DNA from: an uncultured Pseudomonadota bacterium | GTDB taxonomy: Bacteria; Oederibacteriota; Muellerivitia; Muellerivitales; Muellerivitaceae | DNA: 64,000 nt | Reading direction: 5' to 3' | Assembly: GCA_963836235.1 (NCBI GenBank) | Contig: CAWIIP010000002.1 | Location: 576,001 to 640,000 of the forward strand | Part shown: positions 18,841 to 27,631 of the stretch, one piece after another | Position numbering within the stretch: position 1 is the first letter of the stretch | Layout of the letters: each line of letters starts with the position of its first letter | The notes under the pieces: model-generated | Database searches by the model: none | What the model was told of the DNA's origin: nothing | The model's input: the letters and a program-made list of their open reading frames with translations, nothing else | Program-made: the position numbers and the translations under genes

Positions 18841-19917
18841 CTAATTGACCAAATTATAAAAAGTGTCCCGTTGGTGGGGTTCGTAACCCATTTCACGGAT
18901 CAATCGTTGCATTTCTTCCAGACTCATCAAATACCGAAGTCCAGTAGAAGCCACGACGTTTTCTTCGAGCATGATACTGCCCAAATCGTTAGCACCATAC
19001 TTGAGGCCTAACTGACCGATCTTCTTGCCCGGGGTAACCCAGGAAGCCTGCAGGTTCGGTAAAGTATGGTTCAGGATAATCCGCGACAGGGCCAGAGTTT
19101 TTAGGTATTCCTGTCCACTAGCGCTCTTTAAACCCAAACTCTCGTTACCCGGCTGGTATAGCCAGGGAATGAACCCTAGAAAACCACCGGTTTCTTCCTG
19201 CAGTTCCCGAATAAGAAAAATATGTTCAATACGCTCTTCGATGGTCTCCACGTGGCCAAACATCATCGTAGCGGTGGAACGCATACCAAGGGAATGCACG
19301 TCCCTCATAACACCCAGCCATTCCGACGTAGTGGCTTTCAATGGGGCGATTTCCTTGCGAACCCGATCCGAGAGAATTTCAGCTCCTCCACCCGGCATGG
19401 AATCCATACCGGCTTCCCTGAATTTTTTCAGGATTTCAATTACCGGCATGCCGAAAAGTCCGGAAAAGTGGACCAATTCGGGTGGCGAAAAGGAATGAAG
19501 TGTGATATCCGGGTGGGCCTGTTTGACTTTGGAAAGAGTGTTCAAATACCAATCAAGTGTCAAATCCGGATGATGCCCACCTTGCAAAAGAATCTGCGTG
19601 CATCCCTTTTGCTTGGCCTCGGTGATCTTGTGGATGATCTTTTCCGCCTCGTTGACATAGCCTTCTTTGGTATCTCCCGGCTCCCGGTAAAAAGCGCAGA
19701 ACTTGCAATAGGTCACGCAAACATTGGTGTAATTGATATTACGGTCAATCAGGTAAGTGGCGGTCTTATCGCCTTTAGAGCGAACCTTGAGCGTGTCCGC
19801 AATGGCACCCAGTTCATTCAAGCTGGAGCCTTGGAAAAGCTCCAGGGCTTCCTGACGGTTCACCACGTATCCGTCGAGTACCTTTTCTTGAAAAGTTTCA
19901 ATCATCGCACTTGTCAT
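18841..19917 (-). CDS. mqnC: Cyclic dehypoxanthine futalosine synthase (radical SAM)
   Basis: IDRNINYTNVCVTYCKFCAFYR, LLQGGHHP, FSPPE, QASWVT.G, ANDLGSIMLEENVV. Confidence 0.93.
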   Translation of the reverse strand: MTSAMIETFQEKVLDGYVVNRQEALELFQGSSLNELGAIADTLKVRSKGDKTATYLIDRNINYTNVCVTYCKFCAFYREPGDTKEGYVNEAEKIIHKITEAKQKGCTQILLQGGHHPDLTLDWYLNTLSKVKQAHPDITLHSFSPPELVHFSGLFGMPVIEILKKFREAGMDSMPGGGAEILSDRVRKEIAPLKATTSEWLGVMRDVHSLGMRSTATMMFGHVETIEERIEHIFLIRELQEETGGFLGFIPWLYQPGNESLGLKSASGQEYLKTLALSRIILNHTLPNLQASWVTPGKKIGQLGLKYGANDLGSIMLEENVVASTGLRYLMSLEEMQRLIREMGYEPHQRDTFYNLVN

Positions 19918-20840
19918 TAAAGAATCAATCCTTCTTCTTTTAATAGCTTCTCAAACTCGATTTGCCCCTGCACTTCGACAGCGGTGTATCTATAGTCGAT
20001 GTTTTTTTCCAGATAATCCTTGGCCTGGGGCTTGTGGAAAACCCAAATTCCCTTGTAATGGTCAACAATTTCCTGGAAGTGCTTCAATCCTTCCGTCTTA
20101 CAAGCCAGGAGGTCCATTTCAATCTCACGGGCCACAGCCACGTTACGGGCCATCCATACCGCGAAAACAAAAGGTTTCTGGGTTCGAATTTGCCATTCTT
20201 CCCCTAAATCCATCACTTCCATGCCGGTGGGGGCTGATTCCAGGGCGATATCCCCGAATTGAAGGGTTGCTTCCCAGGGTTTGGTTTGGCTGGGCTTAAA
20301 GGTTTCCATGTCGACGCTCTTCACTTCCAAGTTCTTGACCCCATACCATTTTTTAAGGATAAGGCGTGCCAACAAAACGGAAGTTTGGGAACGGGAATCG
20401 GCGAAGAGTTTGGTGACTGTTTGCCAAGGAGCATTGCCAAGAAGCCGCACGCTTTTGACCGGGCCTTTGGAGCCGATAGCGGCCACGGGGACTATCTGGA
20501 GCTCGGGATTCAAAAATTTCACCGCAATAGGGGCCAACGCCACGTCCAAACGGCCCTCTTTCAGCAACCCACCCATCTCATTGGGCGCTACCGGGAACAA
20601 TTGATGGTGATTTTTCATGTCCCAAACGAGAGGCTGGGCATTGAGGAATGGAACAACCCCGATTTTCATGGGCTTGGCGATGAACTTGACCGGTTGGGCG
20701 GGAGCGGGAGCCGGAGGAGCTACTGTAGCCGCCGCGACAGGAGCTGCGGTTGGCGCTGGTGAAACGGCCGCAACTGAAGCAGGAGTCGGTTTCGGCGCTG
20801 GAGCTGGTACGGCAGGACTAGCGGCTGGCGTTTCGCTCAT
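19917..20840 (-). CDS. mqnA: Chorismate dehydratase (futalosine pathway) with Ala/Pro-rich N-terminal extension
   Basis: IGVVPFLNAQPL, IGSKGPVKSVRL, SQTSVLL, GDIAL, DLGEEW...PFVFAVW. Confidence 0.9.
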   Translation of the reverse strand: MSETPAASPAVPAPAPKPTPASVAAVSPAPTAAPVAAATVAPPAPAPAQPVKFIAKPMKIGVVPFLNAQPLVWDMKNHHQLFPVAPNEMGGLLKEGRLDVALAPIAVKFLNPELQIVPVAAIGSKGPVKSVRLLGNAPWQTVTKLFADSRSQTSVLLARLILKKWYGVKNLEVKSVDMETFKPSQTKPWEATLQFGDIALESAPTGMEVMDLGEEWQIRTQKPFVFAVWMARNVAVAREIEMDLLACKTEGLKHFQEIVDHYKGIWVFHKPQAKDYLEKNIDYRYTAVEVQGQIEFEKLLKEEGLIL

Positions 20841-20869
20841 AATAAGGTTTCCTCTTTAGTTTATTAAAT

Positions 20870-21994
20870 TTACTTTGAAAGTATCGATTCCGGAATCGAC
20901 TTCAATTCTTTATACAGCGTGTCCCGTTCCACTGGCGTACGGCCCGCTTCCTGGATAATCCGCCTCAATTCCTGAACCGTCATGATCTCTGGCGTTTCGG
21001 CACCGGCCATATGATAAATCTTTTCCTCGATCACCGTACCATCAATGTCATCGACCCCATAATTGAGCGAAAGCTGGGCCAGCCGGATGCCCAACATGAT
21101 CCAATAGGCCTTGATATGCGGGTAGTTATCCAGGTAAATCCTGCCAATAGCCAAGGTTTTCAGATCTTCCATACCGCTGGGCCTGGCGAAATGGTCCATG
21201 GCCGTGTGGTCTGGGTGGAAAGCCAGTGGAATAAAGGTTTGGAACCCCCCGGTTTCGTCCTGCAGTTCTCTCAAACGTCGCATATGGTCTACGCGGTGCT
21301 CGTATTTCTCGATATGACCATAAAGCATGGTGGCGTTGGTTTTTAGTCCCAACCGATGGGCGGTACGATGGACTTCAAGCCATTGATCGGCGGTAGCCTT
21401 ACCGGGACAAATTTGGTCTCGTACATCCGGATGGAAGATTTCAGCCCCCCCTCCCGGCATGGAATCAAGCCCCGCAGCCTTCAACCGGGTTAAGATTTCT
21501 TCATGCGTCATGTTGTACTTATCGGCAAAAAAGTTGATCTCCACTCCCGTGAAACACTTCAAGTGGACCGAAGGGACTGTTTGCTTTAAAAGCCGAAGCA
21601 TTTGCTCGTACCATTCAAAATCATAGGTGGGGTGGAGACCACCGACGATGTGAAGCTCGGTGATATGTTCCCGTTCAAAGGCTTCCTTGGCCTTTTGAGC
21701 GATCTGCTGGTGGGTAAACTCAAAGGCCCCCTCTTCCCCCTCGAAACGCGAAAAAGCGCAAAACTTACAGGTGGTAGCGCAGACATTGGTGTAATCGATG
21801 TGGCGGTTGATGTTGTAGTAGGTATCGTTACCGTTCTTTTTCTCGCGTACCAAGTTAGCCATGGCGCCTAGGACATAAAGATCATTCGTATTGTAGAGAC
21901 GAAGGGCATCTTCTTCCGTGATCCGGATGCCTTTTTCCACTTTCTCGTAAATATCTTTAATGGGCGATTGTGCTAAGAGCGTTTTTAAAGCCAA
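20870..21994 (-). CDS. mqnE: Aminofutalosine synthase (radical SAM)
   Basis: NRHIDYTNVCATTCKFCAF, HIVGGLHP, PLAFHP, HIKAYWIMLG, DGTVIEEKIYHMAGA; TTG start with AGGAG RBS. Confidence 0.93.
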   Translation of the reverse strand: MALKTLLAQSPIKDIYEKVEKGIRITEEDALRLYNTNDLYVLGAMANLVREKKNGNDTYYNINRHIDYTNVCATTCKFCAFSRFEGEEGAFEFTHQQIAQKAKEAFEREHITELHIVGGLHPTYDFEWYEQMLRLLKQTVPSVHLKCFTGVEINFFADKYNMTHEEILTRLKAAGLDSMPGGGAEIFHPDVRDQICPGKATADQWLEVHRTAHRLGLKTNATMLYGHIEKYEHRVDHMRRLRELQDETGGFQTFIPLAFHPDHTAMDHFARPSGMEDLKTLAIGRIYLDNYPHIKAYWIMLGIRLAQLSLNYGVDDIDGTVIEEKIYHMAGAETPEIMTVQELRRIIQEAGRTPVERDTLYKELKSIPESILSK

Positions 21995-22854
21995 ACGGCG
22001 ACTCCTACGACGGCAAAATAAAGGACCGATATCCAACCATTCATTTTCATCATAGCCGGGGAAAGGGTGAAGCGGGTCTTGTTCCCGCTGGTTTCCAATT
22101 TATAAGCTTTCTGGTGCTGATAGAGCAAAACCGCCCCGATCACACCAATACCCGCGTAGTAAAAGGGGGGAAAACCTACTTGAATCCCGAAACCAGCGAG
22201 AAATCCTAACATACAGGCATGGAAGAATCGAGAGGCTTTGAGGCTGTTGGGCAGGCCCCAGCGAACAACCCAGGATTGCAGGCCCTCCTTTTTGTCAAAA
22301 GCCTCATCCTGCGTGGCGTACAAAATATCAAACCCCGCCAGGAAACATATGACGGCCATCATCAACCAGAAAGGTTCGGGAGCGAAGGCGTTCTTCGCGG
22401 CGATCCAAGCCCCCACTGGGGCCACTCCCAAGGCCAATCCCAGGAACAGGTGGGAAGTCCAGGTAAACCGCTTGGTGTGGGAATAAAAGAAGACGATGGC
22501 CAAAGCCACCGGGGACAATTTAAAAGCCAAGGGATTCAGCATGTAGGAAGCCCCCACAAAACCAAGACTGGAAACAACAATCAAGATTCCCACTTGCCAA
22601 GGTTGAATGCGTCCAGCGGGGATATCCCTTTTTTGGGTTCGAGGGTTTTTAGCGTCCACATCCGTGTCCACTAAACGGTTGTAAGCCATGGCTGCGGTCC
22701 GGGCCAAAACCATGCAAACAATCACCCAGAAAAGAACGCGCAAGGGGGGCTTTCCGCCGGTGGCCGTCAGCAGGCTCGCCAACGCGAAAGGCAGGGCGAA
22801 TACCGAATGGGGTAGGACGACAAGATTGGATATGGTTTTTAATTTTTCGAGCAT
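21985..22854 (-). CDS. ubiA: UbiA-like polyprenyltransferase (MqnP-type)
   Basis: HSVFALPFA, ARTAAMAYNRLVD..DAKNPRT, YSHTKRFT, GFDILYATQD. Confidence 0.92.
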   Translation of the reverse strand: MLEKLKTISNLVVLPHSVFALPFALASLLTATGGKPPLRVLFWVIVCMVLARTAAMAYNRLVDTDVDAKNPRTQKRDIPAGRIQPWQVGILIVVSSLGFVGASYMLNPLAFKLSPVALAIVFFYSHTKRFTWTSHLFLGLALGVAPVGAWIAAKNAFAPEPFWLMMAVICFLAGFDILYATQDEAFDKKEGLQSWVVRWGLPNSLKASRFFHACMLGFLAGFGIQVGFPPFYYAGIGVIGAVLLYQHQKAYKLETSGNKTRFTLSPAMMKMNGWISVLYFAVVGVAVWL

Positions 22855-22858
22855 TTTT

Positions 22859-23440
22859 CTAACGTTCGAGATGTTTTTCTTTGTCGCCGACCTCTTCCAT
22901 ACGCCAACGCTTGGAAACCTCGGCTTGGATGCCAGCATGATCATAAACCCGGGCAATCACCGTATCCACCAAGTCCTCAATCGTCTGGGGATTGCCATAA
23001 AAGCTGGGGGTAGCTGGAATAATGTGCGCACCAGCCAAGGTAAGAAGTTCCATGTTTTTAATCTGGATAAGGGAAAGAGGTGTTTCCCGGGGAACCAGGA
23101 TCAACTTGCGGCGTTCCTTTAAAAAGACTTCCCCAGAACGGGTGATGAGGTTATCCGCGATCCCGTGAGCCAGCTTGCCCAAGGTGGTCGTCGAACAAGG
23201 AATAACAACCATGGCTTCGAACTTGTTGGAACCGCTGGCGGAAGGGGCGGTTAAATCCTTCTCGTCCCATTCTTTCACGTGCGGTGGGAGGTTAAGCCCA
23301 CCTTCATAGGAAGCCACGATCCGGGCGGATCGAGAAACGACGGCATGCACTTCCCAATCATCATAGGGAAAATGCTGGAAAAACCTCCGAGCGTAAATCG
23401 TCCCCGAAGCGCCCGTTATGGCGGTCAGTATCTTTTTCAT
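22859..23440 (-). CDS. ubiX: Flavin prenyltransferase
   Basis: AITGASG, ASGS, PCS..TL, LKERRKLILVPRETP, P.FY..P. Confidence 0.96.
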   Translation of the reverse strand: MKKILTAITGASGTIYARRFFQHFPYDDWEVHAVVSRSARIVASYEGGLNLPPHVKEWDEKDLTAPSASGSNKFEAMVVIPCSTTTLGKLAHGIADNLITRSGEVFLKERRKLILVPRETPLSLIQIKNMELLTLAGAHIIPATPSFYGNPQTIEDLVDTVIARVYDHAGIQAEVSKRWRMEEVGDKEKHLER

Positions 23441-23447
23441 CCATTCC

Positions 23448-24137
23448 CTACTTTCGGATTCCCATCACGCTTACGGCCACTCCCATGGTTTGACTTTCAG
23501 AGGAAACATCTTTAAAGCCACAATTTTCCATTAGTTTTTTGAATTCGCTAAACGAAACAAAGTTTTTAGCCGATTTCTGGAGATAGTCATAGGCTTCCTT
23601 ATTGTTCGAAACGGCGGCGCCCCGCATGGGTACGATGGTACCCACATAAAAAGCGTGGGCCAGTCGGGTCAAAAACCCGGTTGGCTTGAAAAACTCCAGG
23701 ATGACGGCTCTTCCGCCGGGCTTCAAAACACGGGCAATTTCCCTCAATCCGGATTCCAATGAATCCAAGTTCCGAACGCCAAATCCACAGACCACCGCGT
23801 CAAATGCCATATCATGGAACGGTAGCCTTAGGGCATCGGCCTCCAAAAACTCAAAACCCTGCATAATCCCGGCTTTTTCTTTCGCTAACCTAAGCATGGG
23901 CTTGGTGAAATCCGCCATTATCACCTTGGCCATGGGCAGCTGTTCCTTGACCGCCAAGGCAAAATCCCCCGTCCCCGCGCAAAGGTCCAGGACCACCTTT
24001 GGCTCGAATCCATCCTTCAACATCTGCTTAACAGAGTCCTTGCGCCATTGGATGTCTTTATTGAAAGACAAGAGGTGGTTGGCTTTGTCATAGGTTGGCG
24101 CGATATCGGCGAACATGGATTGAATCTTTTCACTCAT
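23448..24137 (-). CDS. menG: Demethylmenaquinone methyltransferase (UbiE/MenG)
   Basis: MFADIAPTYDKANHLLS, LDLCAGTGD, DALRLPF, FGVRN, RVLKPGG, AYDYL. Confidence 0.93.
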   Translation of the reverse strand: MSEKIQSMFADIAPTYDKANHLLSFNKDIQWRKDSVKQMLKDGFEPKVVLDLCAGTGDFALAVKEQLPMAKVIMADFTKPMLRLAKEKAGIMQGFEFLEADALRLPFHDMAFDAVVCGFGVRNLDSLESGLREIARVLKPGGRAVILEFFKPTGFLTRLAHAFYVGTIVPMRGAAVSNNKEAYDYLQKSAKNFVSFSEFKKLMENCGFKDVSSESQTMGVAVSVMGIRK

Positions 24138-24207
24138 GAAAATAGTTCCTTAGAAGCTTCGATTGAGCTCAAGCAGAACAGCATTTATAACCAATTTTTA
24201 GCCAAAT

Positions 24208-24245
24208 AAAAAGGCCCATGCTTTCAACGGGAAAACAGGGGCCTA
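24208..24245 (-). terminator. Probable terminator after the rhodanese gene
   Basis: Minus strand AGGCCC...GGGCCT followed by a T run. Confidence 0.55.
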
Positions 24246-24261
24246 TAAGAAGAATGAAAAA

Positions 24262-24615
24262 CTAATCGAGGACAGCCGCCTCTTCGGACATACTGCCTTC
24301 CACCGGATAGCCCGATTCCATCCAGGACTGAACGCCACCCGGAAAATCTTCCGCGTTAAATCCATTTTCCTTCAAAATTTTGGCGGCTTCCGACCCTTCT
24401 GGGCCGTTGATGTTGGCGCAATAAGTGATGAAAAACTTGTCACGCCCGTAATTGTCCTCAACGACCTTTACGAAAGCTTGGTTGTCGTTTCCCAAAGGAA
24501 CATTGAACGAACCCTTGATATGGAGTTTTTCGAAATCCCCTTCCGGCAAGACGTTTAAAACCACCACATCCTCTTCTTTCATTTCTTGGAACACATCTTC
24601 CTTACTCATCCCCAT
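24262..24615 (-). CDS. Rhodanese-like domain protein
   Basis: F.KLHIKGS.N.P, ITYC, GG..SW..SGYPVE. Confidence 0.9.
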   Translation of the reverse strand: MGMSKEDVFQEMKEEDVVVLNVLPEGDFEKLHIKGSFNVPLGNDNQAFVKVVEDNYGRDKFFITYCANINGPEGSEAAKILKENGFNAEDFPGGVQSWMESGYPVEGSMSEEAAVLD

Positions 24616-24756
24616 ACAACACCTCCTTGAGCGCTGAACTTATGATTTAAGTTTAAGAGCACAATGGGAGAAGTCAGGATAATGTCATCGAAAATCCAGG
24701 TAACATCGGGGGAAGCGATTCAAAGGCCAGCAATCCATAAAATTCGGGAAAGAGGA

Positions 24757-26205
24757 TTAGGCTAGGCCATTCTTTTTCAAAATAGGTAAGATTTTTTCTT
24801 CAACTTGAGGGTCCATCACCAACTCTTCCGGCCATTCACGATTAAAACCCTCCTCTTTCCATTTCTTCGTGGCGTCGATGCCAATCTTGCCGCCCCAACC
24901 CCACATGGGGGAGGTATGGTCCAACACATCCAAGGGGCCTTCAGTAATGACAACATCTCTCTTTGCGTCCATGCAGTTCCCTATCCGCCATAAAACCTGA
25001 GCATAATCATGGACATTCGTATCCTTATCCACAATCAGAAGAATCTTGTTGAGCATCATTTGCCCCAGCCCCCAAAGGGCGAACATTACCTTGCGAGCGT
25101 GCTGTGGATATTGTTTGTCGATGGAAACGATCGCCAGGTTATGAAAAATGCCTTCCACCGGTAGGTCGATATCCACGATTTCCGGCAAAACCTTTTGCAT
25201 TAGGGGCAAAAACAATCGTTCCGTGGCCTTACCCAGATAGCCGTCCTCCATGGGCGGCTTGCCCACGATGGTTGTGGGATAGATGGGATTTTTCCGGTGG
25301 GTGATGCAAGTCACATGGAAAACCGGATATTGGTCGGCCAAGCTGTAATAACCTGTGTGGTCGCCGAAGGGCCCTTCCAAGCGCCGTTCGCCCGCTTCCA
25401 CATAGCCTTCCAGCACGAAATCCGCGTCGGCATGGACCATTAAATCCACGGTTTTGCACTTCACCAGTTCCACCGGCTTTTTACGCAAAAACCCCGCGAA
25501 CAATAGTTCATCGATACCTTCGGGTAACGGCGCCGTGGCTGAATAGGTCAAAGCGGGGTCCCCTCCCAGCGCCACCGCCACCTCCAGGCGCTTACCCATT
25601 TTCTCGGCCTTGCGATGGTGGCCCGCCCCTCCATGATGGACCTGCCAGTGCATCCCCGTCGTTTTTGCGTCGTAAACCTGCATGCGGTACATCCCGATAT
25701 TGCGTAGGCCTGTTTCCGGGTCCTGGGTATAAACCAAGGGGAAAGTGATAAAGCGGCCGCCATCATCAGGCCAGCATTTCAAGACGGGAAGAGCGGTTAA
25801 ATCAGGGTTGTTTTCTACGACTTCCTGACAAGCGCCTTTGCTGACTTCCGTAGGAGGAAATTTGGCAATATCGGCCAATTTCGGTAGGAACTTCAGTTTT
25901 TCCACAAAGCCCTTGGGCGGCTTCAACTCCAGGAGTTCCTTGATGGAGTCCGCGTGTTCTTCCAGGTTCTCCACTCCCAAGGCCCAACTCATACGCTGGT
26001 AGGAACCGAAACCATTAATCAGAAGCGGATAGGCGCTTCCCTTGGGATTCTCGAAGAAAAGGGCCTTGCCACCCTGGGGGGATTTGGAAACCTTGTCCGC
26101 AATCGCAGTGATTTCTAGAATAGGGTCCACTTCATCCTTAATCCGGACAAGTTCTCCTTTTTTTTCAAGGAATTCAACGAATTCACGAAGGGACGAGTAA
26201 GCCAT
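24757..26205 (-). CDS. ubiD: UbiD-family menaquinone biosynthesis decarboxylase
   Basis: LREFVEFLEKKGEL, RNIGMYRMQ, EGPFGDHTGYY, GKPPMED, GPLDVLDH, KIGIDAT. Confidence 0.95.
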   Translation of the reverse strand: MAYSSLREFVEFLEKKGELVRIKDEVDPILEITAIADKVSKSPQGGKALFFENPKGSAYPLLINGFGSYQRMSWALGVENLEEHADSIKELLELKPPKGFVEKLKFLPKLADIAKFPPTEVSKGACQEVVENNPDLTALPVLKCWPDDGGRFITFPLVYTQDPETGLRNIGMYRMQVYDAKTTGMHWQVHHGGAGHHRKAEKMGKRLEVAVALGGDPALTYSATAPLPEGIDELLFAGFLRKKPVELVKCKTVDLMVHADADFVLEGYVEAGERRLEGPFGDHTGYYSLADQYPVFHVTCITHRKNPIYPTTIVGKPPMEDGYLGKATERLFLPLMQKVLPEIVDIDLPVEGIFHNLAIVSIDKQYPQHARKVMFALWGLGQMMLNKILLIVDKDTNVHDYAQVLWRIGNCMDAKRDVVITEGPLDVLDHTSPMWGWGGKIGIDATKKWKEEGFNREWPEELVMDPQVEEKILPILKKNGLA

Positions 26206-26239
26206 GGGATTCCTCAATCTTGTTTGAAAGCGGGATATT

Positions 26240-26836
26240 CTACGCCGACGAGCTTGCCGTCTCAAAGTCCCTTTTTAGTTGCCGGTTAATGAGAAAAGCA
26301 CCGATCACAACCAAAAGCCCGCCGATCGCGGGAGCCCAAAGCCATTTTAAGGCTGGCTGGAAAAACAGGTTAAACCATGCCATATAGCTGACGGCCCACC
26401 CAATAGTCATAAGGAACCGCGCCGAGCGTTCCCCCCAACCGGCGGCCATCCAACCGGCAACGTACCCTGCCATAGAAAAACCAACTCCAAACAAGTGTAG
26501 GTCGGAGGTATGTTTAATAAACATCTCGGCCCTATCCCCCATATTCACCATCATGGCCAGCCAATCGAAACACCACAGAAGCAGCCACAAAACGGCGACT
26601 AGGGCAAACCCATGGGAAACAAACATGAAGGTTCGGTTTCCCTCCCGAAACCATTCCAAACGCGTCAACAATAGCAAGATTCCGCACAGGCCTGCGTACC
26701 CGAACAGTATGGCGATGCTCATCCATGTGGACGGATTTTGGCGGAGTGATCCGGCCAGGGGTTCCTCAAAAAAAACGCCCATGGACAATAAAACTCCCAG
26801 AGAACCCATGCGGTAAAGGATCAAAGCGGCCCTCAT
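26240..26836 (-). CDS. Hypothetical integral membrane protein
   Basis: About six hydrophobic segments; overlaps the truA stop. Confidence 0.7.
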   Translation of the reverse strand: MRAALILYRMGSLGVLLSMGVFFEEPLAGSLRQNPSTWMSIAILFGYAGLCGILLLLTRLEWFREGNRTFMFVSHGFALVAVLWLLLWCFDWLAMMVNMGDRAEMFIKHTSDLHLFGVGFSMAGYVAGWMAAGWGERSARFLMTIGWAVSYMAWFNLFFQPALKWLWAPAIGGLLVVIGAFLINRQLKRDFETASSSA

Positions 26837-27627
26837 TCCGATTCCTCAGGTTTTGGCCTATGTTTTTTAATCGGAGGAAAAGTCTTGGGATAAAAAACCT
26901 TCATCATAAAAAGGCCATTGGGCGGCAGGGTTGGCCCCGCTTTCTTTCGGTCCTTGGATTTCAGAATCGCGGTAATGTCCTCTGGTTTAATCTTGCCCGA
27001 ACCCACATAAACCAGCGTTCCACTCAAGATTCGGATCATTTGGTGAAGGAAGGACACACCGGTGTAATCCAAGACGACGTCCGAACCTTTTTTTTGTATA
27101 CCGATCTTCATCAAGGTACGTTTCGGATTTGCCCTTTTTCCTAAAGCGCCGCGAAAGGCCGTAAAGTCATGGGTGCCTAAAAGGTATTTGGCCGCTTTCT
27201 TCATGGCGGATATATCCAGCGGAAGCCGGAAATGATGGTAAGTGTTTCGGTCGAAGACCGTATAGTCTTGGCTGTTGCGAATGACGTAGCGATAGAGTTT
27301 GGCCTTGGCGTGGTAAGTAGCGTGAAAGGTGGCTGGAACCTCTTGGGCCTTCACGATTCGGATATCGTGGGGTAAAAGCTGGTTTAAAACCTTCGCGATG
27401 CGTTCCACCGGCATCGGGGATGTCGTGTGAAAATTGGCGGTCTGCCCCAGGGCATGAACCCCGGCATCGGTACGGCCCGCTACCAAAAGGTCCACCGGGT
27501 GCCCACAGATGAGTTTCAGCCGGTCTTCCAGGGTTCCTTGTAGGGTCGAGGCCTGGGGTTGTTTTTGCCAGCCCGAATAACTGGTTCCGTCATACTCCAC
27601 GATCAAGCGAATATTGCGGAATTCCAT
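26833..27627 (-). CDS. truA: tRNA pseudouridine(38-40) synthase
   Basis: YDGT.Y.GWQ, AGRTDAGVHA.GQ, G.HDF.AF, FLHQMIR. Confidence 0.97.
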   Translation of the reverse strand: MEFRNIRLIVEYDGTSYSGWQKQPQASTLQGTLEDRLKLICGHPVDLLVAGRTDAGVHALGQTANFHTTSPMPVERIAKVLNQLLPHDIRIVKAQEVPATFHATYHAKAKLYRYVIRNSQDYTVFDRNTYHHFRLPLDISAMKKAAKYLLGTHDFTAFRGALGKRANPKRTLMKIGIQKKGSDVVLDYTGVSFLHQMIRILSGTLVYVGSGKIKPEDITAILKSKDRKKAGPTLPPNGLFMMKVFYPKTFPPIKKHRPKPEESE

Positions 27628-27631
27628 GGTC

